Program-made: the position numbers and the translations under genes
Notes under the pieces: generated by a model
Told to the model about the DNA's origin: nothing
The model's input: the letters and a program-made list of their open reading frames with translations, nothing else
The model's database searches: none
Assembly (NCBI RefSeq): GCF_009834535.1
Contig: NC_045696.1
Span: forward strand, 52,020,001-52,084,000
Length of the DNA stretch: 64,000 nucleotides
Origin: Camelus ferus
Lineage: Eukaryota
Direction: 5' to 3'
Part shown: one piece after another, positions 51,149 to 63,800 of the stretch
How positions within the stretch are numbered: the stretch's first letter is position 1
Layout of the letters: each line of letters opens with the position of its first letter

Positions 51149-53657
51149 GTATGCAAAATGTCTGATGTCTGACATACAGAAATAGTGAATCACTGTTTCT
51201 TAAATTGCTTTCCTGAGAAAACCCAACAGAAAAGAAGTTACAGGATGGCAAAGCTCCCTTCAATAAGGAGAGTAAAGATAGGTTCAGAGGAGGAGGATAA
51301 ATAGTCTGTGGGCACTAGGCTCTTATGAAAGGATGGGGCAAATTCTAAAACACAATCTGCAGCTAGCTCAGATGATTAGTGTCTTTATGTAAAATAAGAG
51401 AGGACGGAGAAACTAGTTTGATATGAACATCAAGAATAAAAGCTACTTCATTCATCCTTCCCTACACTGACCTGGAAGGGAATTTTGGTTCTTTACCATT
51501 CCCAAACTCAGTAGGAATACAGATGTGACCTTCTCCTTTGAGAGGTAAGGGATTATAGGGACAGTGAAAGAATCAACAGAAAAGGTCAGGTTTGTTTGAT
51601 GCCTGACTTACTGTATACTAATTCAGCCAATCCAACTTCTACATATGCATTTTGTTCCCAGCTATAAACTATGGAAAATCAAAAGACTTCTCTAAGGAAC
51701 AGGTTAAGCCCCCAAGGTTTTCAGCTAAAAACATTCTGGAGATGGCAAATTCAAGTTTCCTAATGCATGTGATTTACACTCATATCCTTGAAATATTGAT
51801 TCAATTACTCTCACCCACTGTGGTCTTCACCTGCAAACACCCCTCTCTGACTATTCACCTTCTGAATACATTTTTCAATTAGGGTTTGCCAGTATCTCCA
51901 CTTCAAAGAGTTCACACAGGAAGAAAAGAAGTGAGCTTTTTTCTGGGTCTAAGTGAACATGTGTTACTCCCATCGTCTGAGCTAAAAACCAAGGAAGCTG
52001 CAACAGCTGGGAAAGGAAGGAAAAGCAAATTTGATTTTTAAAGAAAATAGAAAATAAAAGCAATTCTTCCAATTCCAATGTGTGGCATCTATGATGATTT
52101 TTCTCAAGGAAAAGTGCTTATCGCCGCCAAAATCCCCAGAGTAACCACAGCTGACACACTTCTCAGCATTAGAGCACTTGGCAACTGGCAATAAGGCCTG
52201 CTCCTTCCTGAGCAGATGAGAAGCCAGGCACTCCCCAAACAATACCAAGGCAGCTTTTCTTGACTCTTCAGCTGCCTTCATCTCTCCTGAGCACAGCATT
52301 TTGTCCTGTGCAATGGACAGTTCATGGAGCAGACCTATTGTGCCCGAAGTATCAAAACCGATACAATGAATTTCTATATTTGTCTTGCTACATGGACTGA
52401 AGAACTTACCCTCACTGCACACTCAAATGTTGCCGCTGATGATGTACATATTATAATTATACAAAGGACTAAGGAATGTTGTCAATAAAGAGAAAAATAA
52501 GTCCTGCTAAAGAATGTCTAAACACACAAAGGAATGCAAATACAGGCCCTCTACCACACACAGGATCTTTGTTTACACCAGTTGTACATGATCAGTGGAA
52601 GAGGACATTCAAAACACTTTTTAATAAACAAACTGCCATATTGCATTAGCTTATACCAACAGAATTCTTCCAAGTATTTTTTTTCATAATAAACTGTGTA
52701 TAGATTGATTTGATTATTTTTCACTCTTATCAGAGGAAAAAAAATCATCTAACTTAAGGTGTTTCCTCTTACATGAAAGCAGGAAGCCAATTTCAAAGGC
52801 TACCATTTTAATAACAAATGCTCCCATTTATATTTTTATTAAAAAACAGACTATTTCCTTATCTAAGTTCTATATAAGTATTTCTACTTTTCTCACAATG
52901 AACTACACATGTGAAATTCCATCAGAATTTTTATCAATATTTATTCCTGATGGCCACAGCTTTTCTCATCTTTGTGTAGCCATATGCTTAATGTTACATA
53001 ATCCAGTGGGAATTCCTTTTCTAAAAAACATCAAAAAATGTAAATTTATGAAGCTGTATTCCTTTTTTAATGCCCTAAGTAAAAGCAAAAGAAAGTTTCC
53101 AAAATGGACATTAGGTAATGTATAAAATTTACCATATAAAAAGTGTGTTATTTATGTCAGGAAGTCTTCACACAGCCCTTGAAATCCTAGCCCTGGGTGG
53201 CACCAAATTCCCACACAAATGAAGTGAAGCACATCCACGTATGTCAGTGGCTAATCTCACAGAGAACAATTTCATGACTCAACAATTACCCTGGTTAAAG
53301 TGCATTGGATTACACCAAGTAACAACAATGGCTAATAGTAATTTATTGGATACTGTTTATTTGCTAACATTTCTTATAGGAATCTTGATTAACTGGCTAT
53401 CTAATCACCCAAAGATTATTCTAAAACATAATAATAGCCTAAAATGTAGCATTCCTTCTTCTGAACCTAAGCATGAATTTATGGTGGTTAACATAAAACT
53501 GCTTTGAAAATCTGATCCCTAACAAGTATAAGAATGTGAACTAATATCAGCATGTAGGTGAAATGCACTAGAAATTAGACCATGTTGAGGGGACTGCTGT
53601 CTGGTATGAATCACGTACTGGTTGGCCCTCATCCCTTCCCTCCTATACTTTTATGGG

Positions 53658-53704
53658 GTTAAACTGTTAAACTGTTAAACTGTTCTTGATGTTAATCAAG
53701 AACA
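53658..53704. repeat. 3 x 8-bp tandem repeat fused to a perfect 10-bp hairpin
   Basis: (GTTAAACT)3 at 53658-53681; TGTTCTTGAT-gtta-ATCAAGAACA at 53681-53704. Confidence 0.9.
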
Positions 53705-55899
53705 ACCGAGGAACAAAGCATAAATCACAGAAGAAGTCTACAGACTTATTATGAAACACTGGAACAATTCCTCATTTCTTCACTGTGTTGTGATGGAGGT
53801 GGACTGTGCGAACAACATTGTGGCCCAGAATACATCTGATTTTGATCCAAAGAAATAATAGCCAAGTGTAAAAAGCATACTAAAAACAATTTCAATTTTT
53901 GTTCAGTTTCTCAAGAAAATACTAAAAAGAGGGAGAGAAGAACCCATTTCTTCTGTCTTGGCCACATTGTTAATGCTCAGCAACTATGCCTCCGAATCAC
54001 TCTCCATTCTTCCTTTTACCTCCCAGCCCAAACCTCTCTCTATCCCATCTATCCCTCACAAGCATTTCCCACCCCAATTCCCTGTTTATTTTTCTTTCCA
54101 TCTCTATTCCTTTCCTCTTACTCTAACAAAATTCTGGCACTTTATAAAGAGCCCTCCCACCTTTCCCCCAGCCATTGTCACTTTCCCAGCTGTTTCCCAT
54201 ACCCTGATTCTACGTCGGTAAAGTCCTTACACCTAATAGCTTGCACATAGTTCTTAGAAGGAAGAGAAGGAGGGAAAGCTGAGGCAGACAAAAGGAGAGG
54301 GCTGTGAACACTTACACAAGAGTATGCAGACCTCAAAGGTTTGCAGACCACTGGCCAGTGCTCTCTTAATATCTCCTCTGAACATCTCCCCTCCCATCTC
54401 ATATTTTGGTTCGTTATCAGCCACGTGAATTAACTTTCAACATACAGGGTAGAGAAATAGGGCACTCCATGGTCTCTTTTTTCCTTCAGGTTTATGTGTC
54501 TCTATGTCCATCCCCCAAATGCAACAATCTGATAATTCCATCTTTCAGTATGTTTGTCTTCTTAGACAGTTTGAGCAGCAATGTCACTTTTATGTTTATG
54601 TTTATGTTATGTCCTTTTCACATTCTTCTGGTCAGAACAATATTGTTCTTATTCATCTTCTTTCTCTTCCCAAATATCTTCCCACTGGCTTGAGCTAAAT
54701 GTGCTACTAATATAAAATTCATCTTTCTCATTAAACAAGATCAATCATCTTCAAGTTCTGAGATCCAAAAGCATCCAAGGTAAGAGCCCTTTTTAGTTAT
54801 AATAGATAGAAGTGACTTAAATTCACGTAAGTTCAAATAAGAGGTAGTGAGTGATAATAATGGATATGGTTCAGGAAGCAGAGTGCTTAAGGTCATAGGG
54901 CATGCACAGAGTAGAGCTTAAACTCAGATTTGAACCTTCTTTTTGAGATGATCCCTCATTGTCCTTTATCCTGTATTCATTGGCTGCTTAATGTTACCAT
55001 TTCTTTTTTCACACAAAGAGCTAGTATCTATACTCTTACAATGAAAAGTTCTCTTTACTGCAAATATTCACTTACTTTTGAAAGTTAGGATTATTTACAC
55101 AAGACTCTAAACAACTCACTGGTCCTTCATAATATGCTTCCAATCTACCTTTCTAGTCTACCTTTGTGTCACCTGATCCCCTGCCTTCCAGCTATCAATC
55201 AACTTTTGTACATATGAGCTCTTATCTTTGCCTAGGATTCATTTTCTCTTCCCTTTTTCCATAAGGAAAAAAAAAAGCACTTTTTTTTCAAAAGGTCAAA
55301 CTCAAACATTATTTGTTCCAGGAAGCCTTCCTAATGTCTGGTCCATGAAGCTTTCAACATCTCCACTTCCACAACATTTTCCCCACTAGTAGATCACATA
55401 TGCTATTGCTTTAGAATTCTTGTCCCTTGCTAGGTTGTGGAATTCTTATTGGCAAAGCACATTCTAAATACTGGGAATATACTAGCCTTGCCCTCAAGAA
55501 GTTTCCAGTATACTCAGGAGGTCAAAAATATAAACAACTCCAGTCCAGTTCTGACACAGACAGAATATTTCTCTATAATCACCTTGAATTATAGCCATAC
55601 ACATTTTTTCAAGGCTATGTTACATATGGTGAATATAAGTAACCCCAAAATTGACTCAGAATAGCAGGGAAGTGGTCAAAGCACATAAAAAGGAGAACAA
55701 AGAGAAATAAACTGTAAAGATGTAATGGGAGAAAAAATACTGAGCTAATTGAAGTACAGGCTTAATGCAGGAAAAAGCAGCTTGGGGAAAGGAAGTTGAA
55801 TTAGTTCAAGATATTTTTGGTAGCAAGAGCCAGAAAGACTACAATTGCCAGGAATAAAAAAGGGACTGACTACAGAGCAAAGCCATGTTCCAGTGTGCC

Positions 55900-56070
55900 A
55901 CTGGGCATTGAGTGCAGTGATTTATACAGTTTATTTGAACTAATACTCATAGCCAGCCTGTGAGGCAGAAACTATGAAGAAACAGAGGCTCAAAGCAGTT
56001 ATGGCTTGCTCAACTAGTCACTGGAAGAGCCAGGATTCAAACTCAGGACTGATTCTAAAGTCCACCCTTT
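55900..56070 (-). mobile_element. MIR fragment
   Basis: CTGTGAGGCAG...GAAACAGAGGCTCA...GAGCCAGGATTCAAACTCAGG. Confidence 0.7.
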
Positions 56071-56419
56071 ATATGTTCAATTTTGGTCTAAATCCAAGTA
56101 AGTTATGTCTACAGAATTAGCCAAAAATGACTTTATTTCCTCAAAGACCAAAGTCTAAGAAAGACTTTCTATTATCCTAAGGCTCTTTGCATGATAGTAA
56201 AGAACACATACATTTTATAGTCTAATCAGTTAAGAGACTCTAGCATAGCATATTTGAGATGGAGATACCTTGTAATCATGTAGTCCAACCTCTTATTTTG
56301 TAAATTTTGAATGTACCAAGACCGACTAGATGAATTACATAGATTACTAAGGAGAGGAGTTCTGAGGATAAATAAAGTACAAACTCTTTGTTCCTAAGGC
56401 TGAAGATCACGAGAAAAAT

Positions 56420-56600
56420 ATCATCTTGTCCTGTGTAGGTGAGCTCTATGATGCCAGGCATCTTGTCTCTTTTGGCTAATTGCATCTGCTACTGTAACTA
56501 GCACATAGATACGATGGTGCTGTTTACTGGCACATAGTTACTAGCACACAGCTCACAAAAGCAGGTGCCCAAATAATGTATGTTTCTTGAAGGTATGAAT
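56420..56600 (+). mobile_element. L2 3' terminus
   Basis: GTGAGCTCTATGATGCCAGGCATCTTGTCT...CTAGCACATAG...GCAGGTGCCCAAATAATG. Confidence 0.5.
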
Positions 56601-58415
56601 GGGTCTGGTCATGAGAGTGGGTGTGATGTAGGTGCATGTGTACAACTACTCAGGAGACTGGTCATACCAGTCAGATGTCACTGAATTTTTTTTTTATTTG
56701 CCATTTGGATCACATTTTCTCCTCATCATTTCCCAGTGGCATTTTAAGTGCCTTATATAGCAAAGTCTTTGGGTTCAAATGTCTTTATCAGGAATCAAGA
56801 GTTTAGCATACCATCAATAAATGGAATTTGTAAGGTGCTCTTTAGGTAGGACCATTAAGAAAATTTTTTAAACTCATCAGGAGATAACTCAAAGGATTTT
56901 GATAAAGTGACAATATAAACATTTCATTATTATCTTAGATTCAAGGGGGTGGGGAATACAGAAGCGATGTTTCACTTGTAAAACCCTGTTCCCATGAAGC
57001 TGAGGAGAAGGACTGTTTATAACAGAATTTTTCAGCCAAATCGCAAAGGGACCCCAACAGGCTTTCTCAATTTGTGGGCGCTGTCCTCTAACAAGGAGCT
57101 CCTTTCCAGACTCTCTCTGGAAACCAAAGATTTATGTCATTCTCTTCATATTGTAAAATGAAATTGATTTGGTTAAAGGAAAAAGAAAACTGAAAGCTTG
57201 TCTTTATTCCAAGTGCTAATCCTGCCTGGACAGACACCTCATTAATATGCCCTATTCTGAAGACCTCCAATGACTTTGCCTCTGTAGCACTCTAACCATT
57301 ACTTGGACTTTTCCAGAAATCAAGCTCACTACAGGCATTTGTGAAGATAACCTGTGCTTTGACATAGGCTAAAAAAGGAAGATCAATAAACACTCTGTCA
57401 GGTTATAAAGGGGGAAGCAAACCATTCTTTATATAAATGACAAATCTGCTCAAGTTCCAAACTAAAGGAAAAGTTACATGTACTAAAAACATTAAAAAAA
57501 AAAAAAAAAAAGACTATTCACTTAGTAATCCTGAAATGCTTTCTGCTCTTTGAACACATTCAAACAAGTAGGTATCACAGCATTTCACTGATAGCTTATC
57601 AAACCCCAGAACAGAATGGGAGGACTGAATAAAAAGGGCTTTCCTAGGGGAGCTCCACGGTCATTGTTCTATAAAAACATATGAACATATTGCTATAAAC
57701 TCATCTTCACAGGAAGTCACCCAGCTTAATAAGCACAGACCTGCAAGTTAATATTAAAATTCACTTTGATTTCAGCAGCAACAAAGCTGATCCAACTAGG
57801 AGCTATTACATAAAACCCTTATTGTCATATTCGTCATCACGACTCTCAATAGAGACCACTGCGGCACCAAGAAGCCCTCAGATCACCTCAGGAAATATGC
57901 TACGCAGACAGCCATCCCAATAACAATACAGCGGTGAGATGGCCCTGTTTATTTTATCAGAATGGCACTCCCTTAATTTTTCAATTCTTTTCATTGATGT
58001 CCTCTTTCATGTATAGGTCTATTAGATTCTACTTCCTCTACTGTCCTCCCAGGAATTGGTGCTTGCCAACTACAATAAGTTGTTTTGACAACTTGTCTAG
58101 CTATACAATACTCTGTTTCTTTCCCTCTGCAGTACTTTTGGCTTCAAATGAGTGCCTTCAAAATATAGCAGAGACTATGTAACCAAACTATGCAACAGGG
58201 GAAAAAACAGCTTTCTACCCGTAAGCACCATCCTGCCAAAACCACAGTCTTTCTTGTGCTCATAGTTATCTTTCCTTTCCTCTTTCTTTACGGATAAATC
58301 CCCCTTGCTATCTTGTCTACACCTATCTTAATAAGGAATGACTGCCGTGACTACCCCCATCTAGCTTACGCCATTCACCGCCAGCACCTCTGCTCTCCTC
58401 GTGTGCTTCAAGAAG

Positions 58416-58490
58416 AACTGATTAGCACTTTGCATAATTAACCTGATTAGCACTGTGCATAATCAAACTGATTAGCACTTTGCATAATTA
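58416..58490. repeat. 3 x 25-bp tandem repeat
   Basis: AACTGATTAGCACTTTGCATAATTA / ACCTGATTAGCACTGTGCATAATCA / AACTGATTAGCACTTTGCATAATTA. Confidence 0.97.
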
Positions 58491-58899
58491 AAAAGAAATA
58501 ATAATAATAACAATAATAAGCACTAAGTAATATCAAAAGCTGTTAGTCCCACAGCCCTTTGGTTACCTCCAAGATGAGTTCAGCGCAGTGTTTTGCACCT
58601 TCACATTGAAATCTTTTCTTTAACTCAAAAGTCAAGAAAATAAATTAAAATGCTTTCAACCCATTATGATTTTCCTACCCCTATCAGTTACCAAAAGAAT
58701 CATTTCTTGTCCATGCTTGCCTCCTTCAATTTTAGTCTTGCATATTTTACCTATACCAAAATGGAGAAAATGCAGATATAAAACTAAATCAACCAAAAAC
58801 ATTTTGAATAAAGTTAGAACCAAGATGTATGCTGCTTCTCGAGCTTTATCATTCTCCCATATTCTGTTTCTGGGTAACAATGAGGTATATGAAAAGAAC

Positions 58900-59100
58900 T
58901 AGACAATCTGTCGGGAAAATCTGGCTCTGACACTTAGTGTGTGACCTTGGCTAAGTCATTTAACTTCTCCGAACTTTAGTTTCTTCACTTGTAAAATGGA
59001 AATAATAATGCCAGTTCTGCAACCTCAAGGGCTGTTGTGAAAATAAATAAGACAGCAATTTAGGAAGATACCTTTTAAACTTTAAGGCACTATACATACA
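58900..59100 (+). mobile_element. MIR SINE
   Basis: TGTGTGACCTTGGCTAAGTCATTTAACTTCTCCGAACTTTAGTTTCTTCACTTGTAAAATGG. Confidence 0.85.
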
Positions 59101-59479
59101 TAAGGTATCCCATTCTAAGTCCCTAAACCTCTTATCCCCTAGATTTTCTTTCATACCATGGAAACTTTACACATTATGAATAATAACAAAATTTTATATT
59201 TCTAATACCTTAGAATTAGAAGTTAAAAAGTCTTTTTGCATACTTTATCTTATTTCCTATTCAGTGGCTGAATGTGATTAAAATTTTGACTCTGAGTTAT
59301 AATTTAACTTTAGTCATTATTGTATCCATCACAGCCTTCATTTGTATTTCCACAGAGGTTAACATCAAGCTGTTGCTGGGAATTCATAGGAGATTAGAAG
59401 AAAATCTAGTATATTTCTATTAATTTGGGATTGCAACTTAGAGACTTCTGCAACTCTGCTTCTCTCCACTCCATCATAG

Positions 59480-59770
59480 CCAACTATCTGTTCCTCATGA
59501 CCTTCGAGGCTTATTAATTTAGTTCCACTTTCCTCCAAGAAACCATCTCAAACACTCTTTAATCAGAATTTCTCCCTTCCTCTCTCATGTTCCCATAATA
59601 GTTTATCTGTAACTCTGCTTTGTACAGTTGGCTATATTAAGTGTGTGTCTTCTCTAGAAGACTAGGAGCTCCTGGAGAGAAACACTCTGCCTATTCATCT
59701 TTGCCCCCACAATAGCTGCCATAAGAAGTGGTGCACATGGTGACCACTCAACACATTTGCTGCTTGAAGA
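59480..59770 (+). mobile_element. L2 3' terminus
   Basis: AGACTAGGAGCTCCTGGAGAG...TATTCATCTTTG...GGTGCACATGGTGACCACTCAACACATTTGCTG. Confidence 0.65.
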
Positions 59771-59934
59771 AACCAGACAGCAAAGTAGTTTTTTCACTGT
59801 GCACTTACTATATAACTGCTGTGTGCAAACCTGAGGAATTGCTTCCATGACTGTTTGCTAGGGACTCCAAAGATCTTAACATACCCATAACCAATTTACT
59901 GACCATTAAAATATTTAATGTATGTAATATTACA

Positions 59935-60070
59935 TTTCATTTATCAACTCATTCACTTAATCATTCAAAAATAAATATGAATGCTTACTAAGTAGTAGGC
60001 ATTATGCTAAACATTTAATACAGCATTGATGAAGTTCGAAAGGAACTATTGGTTCCTCTCAAGGAGCTTA
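59935..60070 (-). mobile_element. L2 3' terminus
   Basis: TCATTCACTTAATCATTCAAAA...GAATGCTTACT...AGGCATTATGCTA...CTCAAGGAGCTTA. Confidence 0.7.
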
Positions 60071-62620
60071 TAAAGATAGCTTACTTAAGGAGCCTTCAGC
60101 AGCCTTTAAGAGACTGGGTGGAGAAGCATGAAAGGGGGACCTTAAAGTGGCCGAGACAGTCAATTGCAAGGCACCCACCACAGAGCCACTAAGCTATCAA
60201 CCCAAAGGAAAGAAACCCAAATAAACAGTCAGTGTTCCTAGGCCAATCACCCACTTTACAATTCATTTAATTCAAGAAAGAAAATGCTGCTGTGGAGATT
60301 ATTCAAGTCCAAATGTTCCTGGTGAAGGTGCTTCCAGTAATTCTGGGAAAGAAGCCAATCCCCTAGTTTTATATGTAAATATTTTAAAAACACACACATA
60401 TATATAAGCACAAAGGAAAGGTCAGGAAGATGTAAGTCTTTTAAAAATCTATTTTAACAATTTTTTCTATAACTGTCCGCAAAAGTTTGGGCTTTTTTGT
60501 AGCCTTACATTTTCTTTTATACAATACACCTGCTTTTTTTTCCTAAACTAAATATTTCTTCCATCTAATGACTCTCTTTATTAGACAGCATCTAATTTGC
60601 ATACATTTACATACAATTTAACTGCTAGCTCGTGAGAACAAAGAAATGGCTCTGTATTGTACTGAAGGACAATACTCAGTAAAGGAAGGTATAAAAACCA
60701 ACCAGCTCAGTGACTGTGTAAGCTCTTTGTTTCACATATACCAGGCTCTTTTCTTTTTTTTTTTTAAACATACTAGTTAAAAGGGACAAAAATTATTTCA
60801 TCAAACAATGAAAGAAAGATACAGCACTACGTTGTTTAACTGCCCTATTTCCACACACCAGCCTCCCCACCCCCCTACCAACTTGGTTACTACAATTCAG
60901 GGGTCCAAGTTCTCTGAATCTACTACAGTTTCCTTTATTAGATTTGATGGATTCAGTCCCTTCATACACTTTTGTTTCAAGTCTTATTCCTAAAACAACC
61001 TGGGATTCCACTGTGATAAAGCTCTGTTCTGATGCTAATTCATGCTGCCACCCACCTTGTTCCCTGAACAGACAGGGGTAGAATACTGCATACAGTTCTC
61101 CAGGGAACAATACACACCCTTACCCTTATCAAGTTAACAGATGTAACTGAGACTTCAAGTTTTTATGTTATGAACCAGCTCTTTAAAAGAAATTTTTCCA
61201 GTGTGTCCACTGAGAAGTAGATGGGAAAGGAAGTCTTGAATACAGGGAGGGGGTATATGGTGGTAAAAGAAAAATAAGAGATAAAAAGAGTACTTGAGTT
61301 AACTGTTTCTTCACTTAGCAGCACTATCCCTTTGTAAGTCTCCAAACTTGTAAGACTCTTGGGAGATTTAAAAAAAAACAAAACCTGAAAATCAAGGGCC
61401 CTCGACTCTCATTTGAAAGTGAATTCACATACTCTGACACAGGCTAAGTCACAAATCACCAGACTTTTCTCTGTACCTCCCATCCTTGATTCATAGAGAG
61501 GGAAATTATGGGAAGCAATCTTGAAGAGTCTGGTCAGGTGTTTTGTAAATACTAATACTGAAAACACACAAAATAAGTAATAAAGCTACAGTCACAGGCA
61601 ACTGAAAATAAACACTTGAGGGATTGAAGTTTCTGAAATGCCATGTGTAAAATATCACACACACAAAAATATAGTATACAAAAATGCAGCATATAGGACA
61701 TACTGAAAAACATAAAGCCACGTATGAACTAGCTTCATAGGCTCAATGGAAATATCCTCTGTAACTGAGTGCTGACAGTGGTCATAGGAGATGCACTTCT
61801 TCAGAAATATATTTAATATCATTAACTTGGCCCGGTTTCTGCAACTGATAAGGCAGATTACAATTTTAATGACCAAGAGAGGTGTGAACTTGTCAGTGAT
61901 AAGTGAGGAAATTCTACCACTCTGTGGGGCTGCAGAATGCCCACAGGATTTGGAACCTTCGGCAGCCCAACAGATTGCACAATCTCTACCAGCAATCTCA
62001 AAGCATGTCTGATTTTCCACCTGGTGAGAAGAAGCCTGAGTTAGAGACTTGTATTAATGCTGGAGTGCTGGCATAGACCAAGTCTGCCAACTTCTTAACC
62101 CAAAAGCAGTTTATGAATAATGACAAAAAAGACACTTAGAAGAAATGTTTAGACACCATTCTTTTAAAAACCATTAGATACTGACTAGATTTTAGTCACT
62201 AGAATGAATAGGCAGGAAGGGGTTGACCCTCTGAAAACCATGGCTTATCTCTAAAAACACTTTTAAGCTCCTTAAACTCGGGAACCTGGCTCTGTCTTCT
62301 GAACTCCTTACTCCATGAGGCAATGAGACAATCACCTCATGAGTGATCATCAGTAAGCTTTACTGTCCTTTCAGAGATTACAAGTTTCACATGAAAGTTC
62401 TATTTCTGAGGCTTATTAGATCTCCCTTAGTAATACAAATCTGAGGTAGTCCTTATTTTCATGTCATAGTATATTTATCTGCTGGTACCCAGAACCAGAC
62501 CTATTTTCTACACTCTAACGTATAAAATTCTGCCTTGTTTGTTTGTAAAGCATCTCTTAATACTAACTCAGCCAACATCACCTGTGCTGGAGGTGGTTAA
62601 GATCCACCTCCCCAAAGCAT

Positions 62621-62634
62621 GTTACCACGGTGAC
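62621..62634. promoter_or_regulatory. RFX X-box-like motif
   Basis: GTTACCACGGTGAC fits GTTRCC-AY-GGYRAC. Motif match only. Confidence 0.4.
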
Positions 62635-63249
62635 AAAGTAGTGACCTAATTTACACACACCTGCTGGGTTAATTGGGCCAAAATGAAAGATGATATATAT
62701 GCTCAAAATCCAAAACTGATTTTTCCTCAAAATTAAATATTTGATTTTTTTTAAATTAGCAGTTTCTAAAGCTAAGCAACATACTCCAGGTGTGCATTTG
62801 CCAGTTAATATACCCTGAATGTTTCATGACACTTGAGGAGCAAAATATATTGAGTGATGAATACAAATCTTTTATGTATTTTCTGTGTGCAATGATTAGT
62901 ACGAGTAAGTGGTCTCAATCACTGAATACATGGGGTGTGCCTGAAGGGTTGGGCCACAGCCTCAAAGCAAATAGGGACATTTCAACTGTGGCAAGTTAAA
63001 ACGCAGAGTCTGAGCTGCCTCTAAAAATGCAAGTTTGTTTTGGAGAAAGCTGCTCTCAGTAGCTTGCATCAGCCTGCAAACATCTCTTAGGTGACAACAT
63101 CTCTTACCTCTACTTGACCTCTTCCCACCTTTTTGTACTCATCCTTCCCAGACCACTACACAGCTTTTCTCTGAGCCATATAAATTTATATACCAAGAAC
63201 TGACAGGATATGAGCAAAAAGACACTCCGTGAGACCTCTGGTAAAGCCA

Positions 63250-63800
63250 CAGCAATGTGTAAGTGGTATAGCTAAATGCACCAAAATCTTGAAAAACATG
63301 TATATCTTTGACTCAACTATTCTACTTATGGTAATTTGTCCTGAACATAATCAAGAATGTTCATAAAAATATGTACATATTGATATTAATCAATAGGTTA
63401 TTTATAATAGAGAAAAAGTGAAAGTAACTTATATGTCCAAGAATAAGACATTGGCTAAAATATTATAACACATCCATTGTATGGAAACTATATAATCAAT
63501 AAAAAATCATGCCAGAGAAAAATTACTTATTAACAGAAACAAGTTTTCATAATATATTGTTAGTTGAATCAGAATCCACAATCATGCACAGAGTATAATC
63601 CTATGTTTTTTGCATGCATACATACCTATACACATCAAAATGTTAATAATGACTTTTTTTTAAGTGGTAATAGTAACATCAAGGGTGATTTTATTGTCTT
63701 CTTTCTGCCTTTTTTTTGTGTGTGTGTTTTCCAAATAGTTTTATCATGATGGCATATTACTTTTATAACAGAAAAAAGAATATTCTATAAAAAATAAAGT
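63250..63800 (+). mobile_element. L1ME-like 3' end
   Basis: ATATCTTTGACTCAACTATTCTACTT...TTATTTATAATAG...ATATGTCCAAGAATA...CATCCA...ACTTTTATAACAGAAAAAA. Confidence 0.8.

Noticed and set aside
51982..52422. Longest ORF in the track (146 aa, minus strand) as a gene
   Set aside because: It has a non-ATG start, no recognisable domain and no supporting exon structure. Its length is within chance expectation for 64 kb in six frames.
52410..52517. Minus-strand exon ending at the strong donor AGG|GTAAGT (52409-52404)
   Set aside because: With the best upstream acceptor all three frames contain stops and no peptide is recognisable. An isolated donor is not evidence.
58416..58490. CRISPR-like repeat array
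   Set aside because: The units are head-to-tail with no spacers, and the context is mammalian with no cas genes.
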